Shown here piece by piece: positions 1 to 10,442 of a stretch of DNA of 64,000 bases (the first letter of the stretch is position 1; each line of letters begins with the position of its first letter). Below the pieces are notes generated by a model that saw only the letters and a list, made by a program, of their open reading frames with translations, ran no database searches and had not been told where the DNA came from. The translations under genes and the position numbers were made by a program. This DNA is from an uncultured Verrucomicrobiae bacterium (GTDB taxonomy: Bacteria > Verrucomicrobiota > Verrucomicrobiia > Chthoniobacterales > Terrimicrobiaceae). The DNA lies in the NCBI GenBank assembly GCA_963706955.1, contig CAVPOC010000003.1:608001-672000 (forward strand), read 5' to 3'.

Positions 1-495
1 TTCGGACACACCGGCCTCTTCGGCCAATTCGCCAATCCGCCGTGGCGTGTCGAGATCCTGAAGAGCCCTGAGCGCATCAGCCTGGCGCGGCGCCTTGGTT
101 GCCAGTGCGTCCAGTTCCGCAACCGTCGGCCGGCGCAACAATCGAGCAAAGTTAAGCCGGCGCGGCGAAACGGATGCCTGCCGCACCACCTGTGGCAAGA
201 CACAACCCATCGCCGTTTGCAATGGGCAGCAGTAATACTCGGAAATCCAGCGCGCAATCTCGATCAATTTGGGCCGAATCATCGGAGCGTTTCCGATGAT
301 CTCGTGAATCTCGCGAGGCGAGTTCACGTCGGTTGTCTCCAGAATATCCACCACCGTGCCCAGCACCAGGCGGGTGCGCAACGGCACCCGGACGCGAGAG
401 CCCGCGGCGATCAACTCTGCCAAAGAATCAGGAATTAGGTAATCGAGGGCGCGATCCCCGGCGCGATCAAGATGCACTCTGGCGTAGCGTGGCAT
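1..495 (-). CDS. priA: Primosomal protein N' (PriA), N-terminal part; runs off the window edge
   Basis: Not in the ORF track. Manual translation from ATG at 495 gives MPRYARVHLDRAGDRALDYLIP...GSRVRVPLRTRLVLGTV...LIEIARWISEYYCCPLQTAMGCVLP, which matches the PriA 3'-DNA-binding domain pattern. Confidence 0.88.
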   Translation of the reverse strand, partial: MPRYARVHLDRAGDRALDYLIPDSLAELIAAGSRVRVPLRTRLVLGTVVDILETTDVNSPREIHEIIGNAPMIRPKLIEIARWISEYYCCPLQTAMGCVLPQVVRQASVSPRRLNFARLLRRPTVAELDALATKAPRQADALRALQDLDTPRRIGELAEEAGVSE

Positions 496-626
496 AGTCT
501 CTAAAGATGAGGTCTCCACGCTCCTGACAACCAGTTGACCGAGGAAAGCGCGCTATTCTCAGCATGCTTCGGCCGAAAATGCGGTAGAAGCGCTCCAGCA
601 ACACATGTTACGATAAGCTTTCGTCG

Positions 627-1265
627 ATGAAGAAGTTTGTCCTGGCGTCGCTGGTGGTGCTGGCAGTCCTCACCGCGTCCGCTGGCATTTATATCCTCAC
701 CTCCGAGGATCCCAACTATCTGCTTAGAGAGACGATTTTCGCCGCGCGCTACCGGAAATACGACGACCTGATCCGACAAGCCGCTACCCGCTACGGAGTC
801 GCGCCAGAGCTTATTAAGGCCATTATCTGGCGCGAAAGCCAGTTCCAACCGGGCAAGGTTGGAGCTCAAGGAGAACGCGGCCTTATGCAAATAACCGACA
901 GCGCGGCCATTGATTGGGCACGTGCCGAAAAAATTCAGACCTTTGTCTCTTCCGATCTGTTCGACCCGAAGGTGAATATCGAAGCGGGCACGTGGTATTT
1001 GAATCGAGCGCTCAATCACTGGTCTTCGAAGGATAATCCTCTGCCGTTCGCTCTGGCGGAGTACAACGCCGGTCGCTCTCGCGTTCGGCGCTGGGTCCAA
1101 GATTCTGGAATGGGAGAGACCGCCGGAGCGGGCGACCTTCAGGCAGCAATGGATTTCCCCATGACCAAGAGCTACATCGCTACGATCATTGCACGCTACG
1201 ACTTCTATAAGCGCCGCGGTGAGTTCGCCGGTGACTCACGGTCGAAGGCCGAAATTACTCGGTAA
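627..1265 (+). CDS. Lytic transglycosylase, SLT domain, with N-terminal signal/anchor
   Basis: WRES catalytic motif, GLMQI and AEYNAG motifs; hydrophobic N-terminus. Confidence 0.92.
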   Translation: MKKFVLASLVVLAVLTASAGIYILTSEDPNYLLRETIFAARYRKYDDLIRQAATRYGVAPELIKAIIWRESQFQPGKVGAQGERGLMQITDSAAIDWARAEKIQTFVSSDLFDPKVNIEAGTWYLNRALNHWSSKDNPLPFALAEYNAGRSRVRRWVQDSGMGETAGAGDLQAAMDFPMTKSYIATIIARYDFYKRRGEFAGDSRSKAEITR

Positions 1266-3033
1266 TAATGTCCTTGTAAGTCATCCCAGAGGGAATCATC
1301 GGCAAGACGTGCTCGGTATAAGGCGTCATGATGTCGAGAACGTAAGTCTCCTTGGAATCGAGCATTCGCTTGATTGCTCCCTCGACATCTTTTTTGTGTT
1401 GGACTCGCTCGCAGGGAACACCGAACCCCTTGCACATATCTACATAATCGGGATAGATGCGCTTGAGGTCTTTCGGATCGCCAAGAAAAGTATGCCCGCG
1501 ATTTCCGCCGTGAAAGCGATCCTCCCACTGAACGACCATGCCGAGATGCTGATTGTTCAGAATAATCACTTTGACCGCGATGCCTTCGATGTGCGCAGTT
1601 GCCAACTCCTGAATATTCATCAGGAACGAGCCATCGCCATCGATGTCAACCACCTCTTTTTCCGGGTGCGCTATCTTGGCGCCCATGGCTGCGGGATATC
1701 CGAAGCCCATCGCGCCAAGGCCCGCCGAAGTGATGAAGGTGCGCGGCGAATGGAAATTGTAATACTGGCCGGCCCACATTTGATGCTGGCCGACTCCCGT
1801 GGTGATGATCGCCTCTCCTTTCGTCAACTCATAGAGGCATTTGACGACATACTGCGGCTGAATCGCATCGTCGGTGTCTTTAAAGCGAAGCGGATGCTCC
1901 GCCTTCCAGCGATCGATCTGCTGGTACCACTGCGGAAAGCGCGTGTATCCGTGGGAGAGGCGCCGATGTCCCATCTTTTCCAAGATCCGATTCGCGCGAT
2001 CGAGCGCATACTTGAGATCGCTGAGGATTGGAAGCTTCACGAGCTTATTCTTGTTGAGCTCGGAGTTGTCGATATCGATATGCACGATCGTGCCATGCTC
2101 GCAGAATTTTTCGACCTTTCCGGTGACCCGATCATCGAAGCGAACGCCGATCGCCAGGAGAAGGTCAGCTTCGTTGGCGGCATTGTTGGCATAGACCGTC
2201 CCATGCATGCCAAGCCACTTGAGCGAAAGAGGATGGTTCTCGGGAAAACCTCCAATACCCATTAGTGTCGTCGTCACGGGAATTTGAGCCCTCTCCGCAA
2301 ACTCTGCCAATTCCTTGGAGGCGTTACCGGTAATGACGCCGCCGCCACAATAAATGAGCGGCTTCTTGGCGTGTTCGATCAGGCCGATTAGCTCGTGGAT
2401 CGCGACGTCATCAGCCTTGCGAACCGGATTGTAGCCCCGCAGCTTTACCGAACGTGGATAAATCGGCTGAGTGCGCGCCACTTGAATGTTCTTGGGAATA
2501 TCGATCAACACCGGACCAGGGCGTCCGGTCTGCGCAATGAAAAAGGCCTCTTTGACAATACGCGGAATGTCGTTGATGTCCCAGACAAGATAGCTGTGCT
2601 TAACCATGGGCAGCGTCATGCCGAACACATCGGTCTCCTGAAAAGCTCCCCGCCCGATCATGCTTTGATTGACTTGCCCGGTGATTGCCACCATCGGAAC
2701 GGAGTCCATGAAGGCATCGGCAATGCCGGTGACGAGATTCGTCGCACCCGGTCCCGACGTCGCCATGCAGACACCTGCGTGTCCGGTCGCCCGCGCATAG
2801 CCCTCTGCAGCAAACGCACCACCCTGCTCATGACGAGGCAACACCACTCGAATCTTCTTCGACTTGGTCAACGCCTGGTGAATCGGCATCGACGCGCCAC
2901 CCGGATAGGCGAAAACAATGCGCACGCCCTCCCGCTCGAGGCAACTTACCAAGATCTCCGCACCGTTCATTACGTCGCCCCGGTCAGGACCAGAAGATTT
3001 CGCCGAGCGGGAAGAGAGCTTTCTAGATTTCAT
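1255..3033 (-). CDS. ilvB: Acetolactate synthase large subunit, biosynthetic type
   Basis: YPGGA, RHEQG, TSGPGATN, GMHG and GDGSF...NN ThDP motifs. Start is ATG 3033 or 2970. Confidence 0.95.
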   Translation of the reverse strand: MKSRKLSSRSAKSSGPDRGDVMNGAEILVSCLEREGVRIVFAYPGGASMPIHQALTKSKKIRVVLPRHEQGGAFAAEGYARATGHAGVCMATSGPGATNLVTGIADAFMDSVPMVAITGQVNQSMIGRGAFQETDVFGMTLPMVKHSYLVWDINDIPRIVKEAFFIAQTGRPGPVLIDIPKNIQVARTQPIYPRSVKLRGYNPVRKADDVAIHELIGLIEHAKKPLIYCGGGVITGNASKELAEFAERAQIPVTTTLMGIGGFPENHPLSLKWLGMHGTVYANNAANEADLLLAIGVRFDDRVTGKVEKFCEHGTIVHIDIDNSELNKNKLVKLPILSDLKYALDRANRILEKMGHRRLSHGYTRFPQWYQQIDRWKAEHPLRFKDTDDAIQPQYVVKCLYELTKGEAIITTGVGQHQMWAGQYYNFHSPRTFITSAGLGAMGFGYPAAMGAKIAHPEKEVVDIDGDGSFLMNIQELATAHIEGIAVKVIILNNQHLGMVVQWEDRFHGGNRGHTFLGDPKDLKRIYPDYVDMCKGFGVPCERVQHKKDVEGAIKRMLDSKETYVLDIMTPYTEHVLPMIPSGMTYKDIITE

Positions 3034-3248
3034 AGTCAAAAGGTGAACCTTTTAACTTATCCCTAATCATGCCGACAGAGCAAACCCCAAAGTGACACTA
3101 TACCGAGAGTTATCGTTGACGCGAAGCGAATGCCAGCGTCTGTGATTTGCCGTCGGCCAACCAATCACCTAATATCAGACCATCGAGCTTGTTCCGAAAA
3201 GAGGAAACTCCGGGATAGCGAGCTTCATCTTTATGGAAAAGAATCGGC

Positions 3249-3827
3249 TTATGGGACCGCATTCGTCACCGTGCCGATGACGTTCGTATTGTTGAATTGC
3301 TTGGGAAGCAAGATGGCACCGTCTCCTGCCTTTCGGAAGACGATGAACCCTTTGTCTCCGTAAGGCTTCCCAGCAGCACTCAAAGGTGAGTTGTTTGTCC
3401 AGTTTGCCGAAGAAAGAAATACCGTGTCACCGCTACTGTTTTCGCCGACCTGGTAGACAATCACCGCGCTGGGAGTGTTCGCGGTGATGGGGGTGGAACT
3501 CGGCCGCAAAAGACCAGCCGCACTGAGCAATTTAGAGAAATCGTTTGTACCCAGATAGTTAGGAACAAGATTTGTTGCCCAAGCCGACCAGCCGGGAGTC
3601 GCCGCATCCGCGGGCCAGCTCAGGGTGGCATCCCCGGTCGTCAGACCATCCAAAGCCATCGTCTGAGTGGCGAGATGCAGTTGCCTCATGTTGCTCAACG
3701 TTTGCGTCATCTGGCCCTTCACCAAGGCACCAAAAAGGGCGGGCAAAGCCAGAGCGGCCAGAATTCCAATGATCGAGATAACTACGAGGAGTTCGATCAG
3801 AGTAAATGCACGAGAACTCTTTTTCAT
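3249..3827 (-). CDS. Prepilin-type N-terminal cleavage/methylation domain protein (pseudopilin-like)
   Basis: MKKSSRA|FTLIELLVVISIIGILAALALP with Glu at +5. Confidence 0.88.
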   Translation of the reverse strand: MKKSSRAFTLIELLVVISIIGILAALALPALFGALVKGQMTQTLSNMRQLHLATQTMALDGLTTGDATLSWPADAATPGWSAWATNLVPNYLGTNDFSKLLSAAGLLRPSSTPITANTPSAVIVYQVGENSSGDTVFLSSANWTNNSPLSAAGKPYGDKGFIVFRKAGDGAILLPKQFNNTNVIGTVTNAVP

Positions 3828-4079
3828 AGCGATATGGGGGTTAACGAATGTCATCTCGTTTTTTCGGCACTGTCAACCATTTTTACGCAGAAAAGGTCTC
3901 ATTTCCTACGTTGGTGGCAAATTAAGTACCTTGAAATCTGGCTCGCGCTGTAGCGTCCCGGTACGATCCAAATGTGTTTAGTGTTGGAACACTGTCCCGC
4001 GGTGTGGTAAAAGCTGCACAAGACCCCTCCACAATGCCGAGCTATTAGCCGGAGAATACAACCAAAAAAATTCCTTACC

Positions 4080-5156
4080 ATGGGTGACAACAAACGATTT
4101 CGGGCCGGAGTTCTCTTCGGCGATGAGGTGAAAGAACTTCTTGACTATGCCAAGGCCAACGAATTTGCGCTTCCGGCGGTCAATTGCATCAGCACCAGCA
4201 CGGTCAATGCGACCCTGGCCGCAGCCCGAGAGGTAAACTCTCCGACGATGGTCCAGTTCTCAAACGGAGGAGCACAATTTTTCATTGGCAAGGGCGTTAG
4301 CAAGGACAAGCAACTTGGGCCGATCATGGGAGGTGTTGCGGGGGCGCAGTATGTCGATCAAGCTGCCAAGGCTTACGGCGTCCCTGTCGTTATGAACACG
4401 GATCATTGCGCCAAGAAACTGCTGCCTTGGATCGACGGTCTGCTTGCCGCCAGCGAGGAGCAGTTCGCCAAGACCGGTAAGCCGCTTTACAGCTCGCACA
4501 TGCTCGACCTCTCGGAAGAGCCGCTCGACGAAAACATCGAGACCTGCAAAAAATATCTCGCCCGCATGGCGAAGATGGGAATCACTCTCGAAATCGAGCT
4601 CGGAGTTACTGGCGGCGAAGAGGATGGCGTGGACAATACGGGCGTCGACGAATCGCGCCTCTACACACAGCCCGAGGAGGTCGCCAAAGCCTATTCGGAG
4701 CTATCTCCAATCAGTCCCAATTTTACCGTGGCGGCAGCCTTTGGGAATGTTCATGGAGTTTATAAGCCAGGCAATGTTCGACTTAAGCCCACCATCTTGA
4801 AGGACTCGCAAGAATACATTCAGAAAAAGCTCGGAACGGGACCGAAGCCGGTAAACTTCGTCTTTCACGGTGGCTCTGGTTCATCGCGGGAAGAAATTCG
4901 TGAAGCTATCGGCTACGGTGCGGTCAAGATGAACCTGGACACAGACCTCCAATGGGCATTCTGGGATGGCATCCGGGCGTATGAGGCCAAAAATCGTGAC
5001 TACTTGCAGGGGCAAATCGGAAATCCCGAAGGTCCTGATTCGCCCAACAAGAAATATTACGACCCGCGCATTTGGTTGGGCGCAGGCGAGGCCGCTTTTA
5101 CGAAGCGCCTGATCGGTTCATTCGAAGACCTGAACTGCACAAATCGGAACGCCTAG
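4080..5156 (+). CDS. fbaA: Fructose-bisphosphate aldolase class II (type A)
   Basis: TDHC, HMLDLS, GNVHG, FHGGSG and KYYDPR motifs. Confidence 0.96.
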   Translation: MGDNKRFRAGVLFGDEVKELLDYAKANEFALPAVNCISTSTVNATLAAAREVNSPTMVQFSNGGAQFFIGKGVSKDKQLGPIMGGVAGAQYVDQAAKAYGVPVVMNTDHCAKKLLPWIDGLLAASEEQFAKTGKPLYSSHMLDLSEEPLDENIETCKKYLARMAKMGITLEIELGVTGGEEDGVDNTGVDESRLYTQPEEVAKAYSELSPISPNFTVAAAFGNVHGVYKPGNVRLKPTILKDSQEYIQKKLGTGPKPVNFVFHGGSGSSREEIREAIGYGAVKMNLDTDLQWAFWDGIRAYEAKNRDYLQGQIGNPEGPDSPNKKYYDPRIWLGAGEAAFTKRLIGSFEDLNCTNRNA

Positions 5157-5283
5157 CTCGCTAGGTCCGCACCTAAGACAGCGCGGCTCAGATTGGCCGT
5201 CGGCCGGTTTTCTTTGCTCGAATTCGCGGTCTCGACAACCGTTCTTCGCTTACCTAAACGGGAAAGCTGCATCTGCCTCTCCC

Positions 5284-6350
5284 ATGATCGACAACATTGT
5301 ATCTCTGCTCGGCGATAGGGCCGAGTACCTCCTTCGGCACACCAGCCAAACCATTCCGACCAAGCTTCTGCATCTGCCTGGTGCGGATTGGGTGGATCGG
5401 ATTTTCGCGCCCAGCAATCGCAACCAACGCGTCCTCAATCATCTGAATTGGTTCTACAACTCCGGGCGCCTGGCAGGCACCGGTTTCCTGTCAATTCTCC
5501 CGGTCGACCAGGGCATTGAGCATTCTGCGGGCGCGAGTTTCGCGAAGAACCCGCACTACTTCGATCCCGAGAACATTGTTAAGCTTGCCACCGAAGGCGG
5601 CTGCAACGCTGTCGCATCAACCTTCGGCGTCCTGGCAGCGGTCTCACGCAAGTACGCCCACAAGATCCCCTTCCTGGTCAAGATCAACCACAACGAACTG
5701 CTTACCTATCCGAACCAGCATAAGGAGATTCTTTTCGGGACGGTCAAAGACGCTTACAATATGGGGGCCGCTGCCGTCGGAGCGACTATTTATTTTGGCT
5801 CAGAGGATGCCTCGCGGGAAATCATCGAAATCTCGGAAGCCTTTGCGCTGGCGCACGAGTTCGGGATGGCTACGGTGCTCTGGTGTTACCTGCGTAACAA
5901 TGCCTTTAAGAAGGACAAGGATTATCATCTTTCCGCCGACCTAACCGGTCAGGCGAACCACCTCGGCTGCACGATCCAAGCCGACATCATTAAGCAAAAA
6001 CTCCCGGAGAACAACGGCGGTTATAAGGCCCTGAACACCGGAGGCTCGAGTTACGGCAAGCTCGACGAGCGTATCTACACCGAGCTGACCAGCGAACACC
6101 CCATCGACTTGTGCCGTTACCAGGTGGCGAATTGTTACCTCGGTCGTGCGGGCTTGATCAATTCGGGCGGAGCGAGCGGCGCGCATGATTTTGCGGACGC
6201 TGCGTTCACGGCGGTCGTCAACAAGCGAGCGGGCGGAATGGGCCTGATTTCAGGCCGTAAGGCGTTCCAGCGCCCGATGGAGGACGGGATCAAGCTCCTC
6301 TCAACACAATCCAAGACGTTTACCTCTGCAAAGAGGTCACTATCGCCTAA
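5284..6350 (+). CDS. fbaB: Fructose-bisphosphate aldolase class I (DhnA/FbaB type); 2-nt indel near the 3' end
   Basis: [23 protein letters not shown] and GRKAFQRP motifs. Removing an extra TC at ~6300 restores [18 protein letters not shown] with TAA at 6348-6350, followed by a hairpin. Confidence 0.92.
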
Positions 6351-6376
6351 GCGAACCGAAAGTTTCCTTCGGTCGC
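6351..6376 (+). terminator. Stem-loop directly after the rebuilt fbaB stop
   Basis: gcgaaccgaaag-tttc-cttcggtcgc imperfect inverted repeat; no clear U-tract. Confidence 0.4.
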
Positions 6377-6535
6377 AAGACACAAGGCCTAAGGTAACCG
6401 ACTTCTACTGGATCGCAGGGACCGCGCTGCTGGCGATTCGAGATCGCGTGGCATGCAGACGCGCCGTCGCCTCCGAAGCGGCGCGCTTTGTAATCCATGT
6501 TGCAACGACGCGGATTTGCTCTTATCAGGCAGAAC

Positions 6536-7009
6536 ATGTCTTTGGAACGTTCTCTGCTTTCCGCGCAGGGCTACTTCGAACTGGAGATGCCCGACCAGGC
6601 CTTGGCGGAACTCGACGCGCTTGGGCCAAGGGACCAGCTTCGCCAGGAAACGTTACAGATGCGCCTCTTTATCGTCATGCATGCCAAGCGATGGGGGGAG
6701 GCGTTGTCAGTCTGTGCGCGCCTGCGCGCACTCAGTCCAGAAGACACGACCGGCTATATTCATGGGGCATTCTGCCTGCATGAAATGGGGCGAACCAACG
6801 AGGCAAAGGATCTCCTGCTCACAGGCCCTTCCTCCCTGCTGAGCGAACCGACCTATTACTACAATCTCGGCTGCTATGATGCCGTGCTCGGCAACTTGAA
6901 AGAAGCGACCCAACACCTTGAAACAAGCTTCCGAATGGATAAGAAGTTTCGAGAAATCGCCAGTCTGGATCCCGATTTGAAAGCAATTCACGGACTCTTG
7001 GGGAAATGA
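6536..7009 (+). CDS. Tetratricopeptide-repeat protein
   Basis: TPR-like helical repeats ending in [12 protein letters not shown]...A...L. Likely start is ATG 6536. Confidence 0.8.
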   Translation: MSLERSLLSAQGYFELEMPDQALAELDALGPRDQLRQETLQMRLFIVMHAKRWGEALSVCARLRALSPEDTTGYIHGAFCLHEMGRTNEAKDLLLTGPSSLLSEPTYYYNLGCYDAVLGNLKEATQHLETSFRMDKKFREIASLDPDLKAIHGLLGK

Positions 7010-8166
7010 TCGCCGACGCCTCCGCAGCTGCTCGCGTTCAAGAGATCTTTCAAAGCAACTTCGTGCGCGGCGTCGAAGTGGGTGCTTCCGTGGCTGTTTG
7101 GCAGAATGGCTCCCAAGCGTTCTGCTTTTACCATGGCTGGAGGGATGGCGAACGCGAATTGCCATGGACCGCCGATACCATGGTTCTCGTCTGGTCTGCC
7201 ACCAAAGGTCTGGCGAGTGCGTGCCTCCTGCATGCGCTGGAAGGTGCGGGGCTTGATTTGTCGGCACGCGTGGCAGAATTCTGGCCGGAATTTGGCCAAG
7301 CGGGTAAGGAGCGCCTTACTATTGGAGAGGTGGTTTCCCATCGGGCGGGCCTTTCAGCGCTCACCGACAAGACGGTCGGACTTCGTGATCATGATGCCGT
7401 GGTCCGTGCCGTCGAATTGCAGGCACCCCTCTGGAATGAGCGCGACGAACATGGCTATTCCCCGCGGATCTACGGTTATATCGCCGACGAATCCGTTCGC
7501 AGACTCACCGGAACCTCGCTGGGTGAGTATTGGCGAAAGCAGTTTGGCGAGCCATTGGAGCTCGACCTCTGGATTGGTCTTCCCGAGACGCTTCACCACC
7601 GGGCTGCGCAAATGATTGCCGCGCGTGCAGGCTGCGGCGACCTTGAAGATCAGTTTTCCCAAGCCATGGCCACGCCGGGCTCGCTCACCCGCGAGGCATT
7701 CTCGACCCCGGCAGGCGCAGTCTCGCCCTCGGCGATGAATTCTCCAGCATTGCGCGCGACCAGCCTCCCCGCGTTGGGCGCAATCGGCAGCGCCGATTCC
7801 CTCGCTAAGTTCTATGCCATGCTCTCCCTCGAAGGAAAATGGGATGGACGACAGTACTTTTCGGCCACGGCGATTCGGTGGATGACCACTCGTTTGGCGC
7901 AAGGAGTCGACAAGACCCTTCAGACCGAAACCGCCTTCTCAGGAGGCTTTATGCTCGACCCACTCGATGCCTCCGGGAAAAAGAAGCGCTATACTTTCGG
8001 TCCGACAATTTCGGCCTTCGGCCATCCCGGAGCCGGCGGAAGCCTGGCTTTTGCTGATCCGGAGAACCACCTTGGCTTTGCCTATGTCATGAACCAGATG
8101 GAATCTGGCGTCCTCCCGAAATCTCGAGCGGTCGCGCTCGTTCATGCCCTCTATGATTTTCCTTGA
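7006..8166 (+). CDS. Serine hydrolase, beta-lactamase/EstB-like family
   Basis: SxxK (WSATK), SHRAGL, HGY and FGHPGAGG motifs; ATGA overlap with the upstream gene. Confidence 0.9.
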   Translation: MIADASAAARVQEIFQSNFVRGVEVGASVAVWQNGSQAFCFYHGWRDGERELPWTADTMVLVWSATKGLASACLLHALEGAGLDLSARVAEFWPEFGQAGKERLTIGEVVSHRAGLSALTDKTVGLRDHDAVVRAVELQAPLWNERDEHGYSPRIYGYIADESVRRLTGTSLGEYWRKQFGEPLELDLWIGLPETLHHRAAQMIAARAGCGDLEDQFSQAMATPGSLTREAFSTPAGAVSPSAMNSPALRATSLPALGAIGSADSLAKFYAMLSLEGKWDGRQYFSATAIRWMTTRLAQGVDKTLQTETAFSGGFMLDPLDASGKKKRYTFGPTISAFGHPGAGGSLAFADPENHLGFAYVMNQMESGVLPKSRAVALVHALYDFP

Positions 8167-8173
8167 TTTCAAT

Positions 8174-8201
8174 TTGACAGTGTGCGCCCAAGAACTAAGA
8201 T
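8174..8201 (+). promoter_or_regulatory. Putative sigma70 promoter of rplI-dnaB
   Basis: TTGACA-16 bp-TAAGAT upstream of the rplI ATG. Confidence 0.6.
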
Positions 8202-8227
8202 TTTTTTCCCTCTTTGGTTAGGGAGCT

Positions 8228-8764
8228 ATGGCATACGCAGAAGTTATTCTCACGGAAAACATCCCTAATCTGGGCGCAGAGGCGGATTTGGTCAGGGTTC
8301 GTCGCGGATTCGCGCGCAATTTTCTCATCCCGAACGGCAAGGCCCTGGAGGTCACTCCGAGTTCGCTTCGCAAGATCAATCATCTGAAGGCAAAGCGTTC
8401 CGAGCGCGAGGCACGGGAATTAACCGCCGCGGAGCAACTCGCCAGCAAGATCAGCAAGCTAGTCCTTGATTTTTCTCTTGAGACCGGCGAGACAGGGAAA
8501 GCCTTTGGCTCGGTGACAGCCAAGGATATTCATGACCGCCTGGCGGCGGAACTTGCCAACGTCGAGTTGCCCAAGCATGCGGTGGCGCTCGACAAGGCAT
8601 TCAAGGAGAGTGGCGATCATGAAATGGAGGTGCGACTCCACCCCGATGTCACCGCCAAGCTTCGGGTCAGGATCTCGACTCCGAAGCGCGCTCCGGCTGA
8701 GGCAGAGCCGGAATCGACCAAGAAATCCAACCGCAGAAGAAGCGCCCCCAAGAACTCCTCTTAG
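8228..8764 (+). CDS. rplI: 50S ribosomal protein L9
   Basis: VILTENIPNLG...VRRGFARNFLIP and FGSVT motifs. Confidence 0.97.
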   Translation: MAYAEVILTENIPNLGAEADLVRVRRGFARNFLIPNGKALEVTPSSLRKINHLKAKRSEREARELTAAEQLASKISKLVLDFSLETGETGKAFGSVTAKDIHDRLAAELANVELPKHAVALDKAFKESGDHEMEVRLHPDVTAKLRVRISTPKRAPAEAEPESTKKSNRRRSAPKNSS

Positions 8765-8766
8765 CA

Positions 8767-10254
8767 ATGGCCACCGATTCTCCGGCCGCCTCTGCCGAGA
8801 ATCCCGCAAACTCCGGGTTTGGTCCCGGTAAAGGCCGCGAAAGGTTGCGTTCTTACTCCCAAAAGGTTGGGAGTTATTTACCTGATATTCACAGGTCCCT
8901 CCCGCAAAGCATTGATGCGGAAAAGGGCCTTCTTGGCTCGGTGCTGCTGGCGCCCGGGCGCGTGCTCGACGAGTGTATTCAGCAGCAGGTCGGCGAAAAG
9001 TATTTTCAACATCCCGCCCACGCGAGGATCTTCAGCGTCTTGGTCGACATGCGTGAGGCGAACAAGCCGATTGACCAGATCTCGCTGACGCAATTCCTCG
9101 AGGACCGGCACCTCTTGCCAGAAGTTGGCGGGGCCGCGGCGGTCACCGACTTGTTCACATTTGTTCCGACCGCCAGCAACGCCGGTTATTATCTCGAGAT
9201 CCTTCGCGAGAAGTACCTCTTGCGGGAGATCATCGTGGCGTGCACCGAATACGGCGCTCGCGCCTACGAGGAACAGGGGGACGTTCAGATCCTTCTCGAT
9301 GAGGTCGAACAAAGGATCCTGGCTATCGGAGATGATCGCTTTCGCGCGAAGATCCCGGAGATGAAGGAGCTCGCCATGGCGGCTTTGGATAGTATCGAAA
9401 AGCTCTTCCAAAATCGTGGCGCGCTCACCGGGCTGCCGACCGGCTTCAGAGGCATCGACACCATGACCAATGGCATGCATGGCGGCGAGATGATCGTCGT
9501 CGCGGCCCGACCGTCGATGGGCAAGACGGCCCTCGCCATGAATATTGCCGAACACGTTGCCATCGATGCAGGGAAACCGGTCGCCGTCTTCAGCTTGGAG
9601 ATGAGCACCCAGCAACTCATGCAGCGGCTGCTCTGTTCATACGCCCGCGTCGACCTAAAGAAAATCCGGGATGGATTTATCGGAAAGCACGACATGACCA
9701 ATCTTATTCAAGCCACCACTAGGCTTTCCGAATCCAAGATGTTTATCGATGATACCCCGGGACTAAGCATTCTCGAACTCCGCGCGCGCGCCAGGCGACT
9801 TAAGGATCGGCACGACGTCAGTTTGATCGTGATCGACTATCTTCAACTTCTTCGCTCGCCCAGCCGGAGGGGATTGGATAACCGTCAGGTCGAAGTTGCG
9901 GAGATCTCCGCAGGGATCAAGGCGCTCGCCAAGGAACTAAGCATTCCGATTGTGGTGCTAGCTCAGCTTAATCGCAACCCGGAGGCGCGCACCGGCGACA
10001 GCAAGGGCAAACCGCGCTTGAGCGACTTGCGGGAGTCCGGTTCGATCGAGCAGGATGCCGATCTCGTCGGACTTCTCTGGCGCGAGGAATACTACCTCGA
10101 TGACGAAGAGGAGAGAAAGGAGCTTGAGGGCAAGGCCGAACTTGTCATTGCCAAACAGCGCAACGGCCCGGTCGGGGCCGTGCCTCTAACATTCCTCAAA
10201 AGCATTACCCGCTTCGAAGATCGGGCGTTTGAGCGCGAAGAGCCGTCGAGGTAG
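8767..10254 (+). CDS. dnaB: Replicative DNA helicase
   Basis: ARPSMGKT, FSLEM, IDYLQL, QLNR, DLRESGSIEQDAD and KQRNGP motifs; no intein. Confidence 0.97.
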   Translation: MATDSPAASAENPANSGFGPGKGRERLRSYSQKVGSYLPDIHRSLPQSIDAEKGLLGSVLLAPGRVLDECIQQQVGEKYFQHPAHARIFSVLVDMREANKPIDQISLTQFLEDRHLLPEVGGAAAVTDLFTFVPTASNAGYYLEILREKYLLREIIVACTEYGARAYEEQGDVQILLDEVEQRILAIGDDRFRAKIPEMKELAMAALDSIEKLFQNRGALTGLPTGFRGIDTMTNGMHGGEMIVVAARPSMGKTALAMNIAEHVAIDAGKPVAVFSLEMSTQQLMQRLLCSYARVDLKKIRDGFIGKHDMTNLIQATTRLSESKMFIDDTPGLSILELRARARRLKDRHDVSLIVIDYLQLLRSPSRRGLDNRQVEVAEISAGIKALAKELSIPIVVLAQLNRNPEARTGDSKGKPRLSDLRESGSIEQDADLVGLLWREEYYLDDEEERKELEGKAELVIAKQRNGPVGAVPLTFLKSITRFEDRAFEREEPSR

Positions 10255-10268
10255 CGAGGCGTGTTAAG

Positions 10269-10336
10269 TAATCACGGGCGTGTGATTAGTTCTGGGGAGC
10301 GCACGCGGGGACGCTGCGGGGACGCGTATGCTCCCC
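10269..10336. repeat. Two hairpins, one REP-like, between convergent dnaB and maf
   Basis: taatcac..gtgatta (10269-10288) and ggggagcgcacgcg..cgcgtatgctcccc (10294-10336). Confidence 0.6.
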
Positions 10337-10442
10337 AAAATCTCCCGTCAAGTCGTCCAGCAAAAGGTGAGGGCTGACCGCCGGCTGGCACTCAAGGCGC
10401 GGAGGCGCTTAAGGTAATCGAGAGCGCTCTAGTCTACAGGGG

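Noticed and set aside
1189..2265. Long antisense ORFs (also 39433-40677, 42488-43462, 50817-51854, 61897-62682)
   Set aside because: Shadow ORFs opposite well-conserved genes, expected in GC-rich DNA, with no recognisable motifs.
3040..3248. Possible ilvB leader-peptide attenuator
   Set aside because: The one short ORF I found (MKLAIPEFPLFGTSSMV) has no Ile/Leu/Val run, and there is no terminator hairpin with a U-tract.
6300..6783. Apparent 499-aa FbaB with a novel C-terminal extension
   Set aside because: Caused by a 2-nt indel. The normal C-terminus and stop are in the other frame at 6350, and the extension overlaps the next gene.
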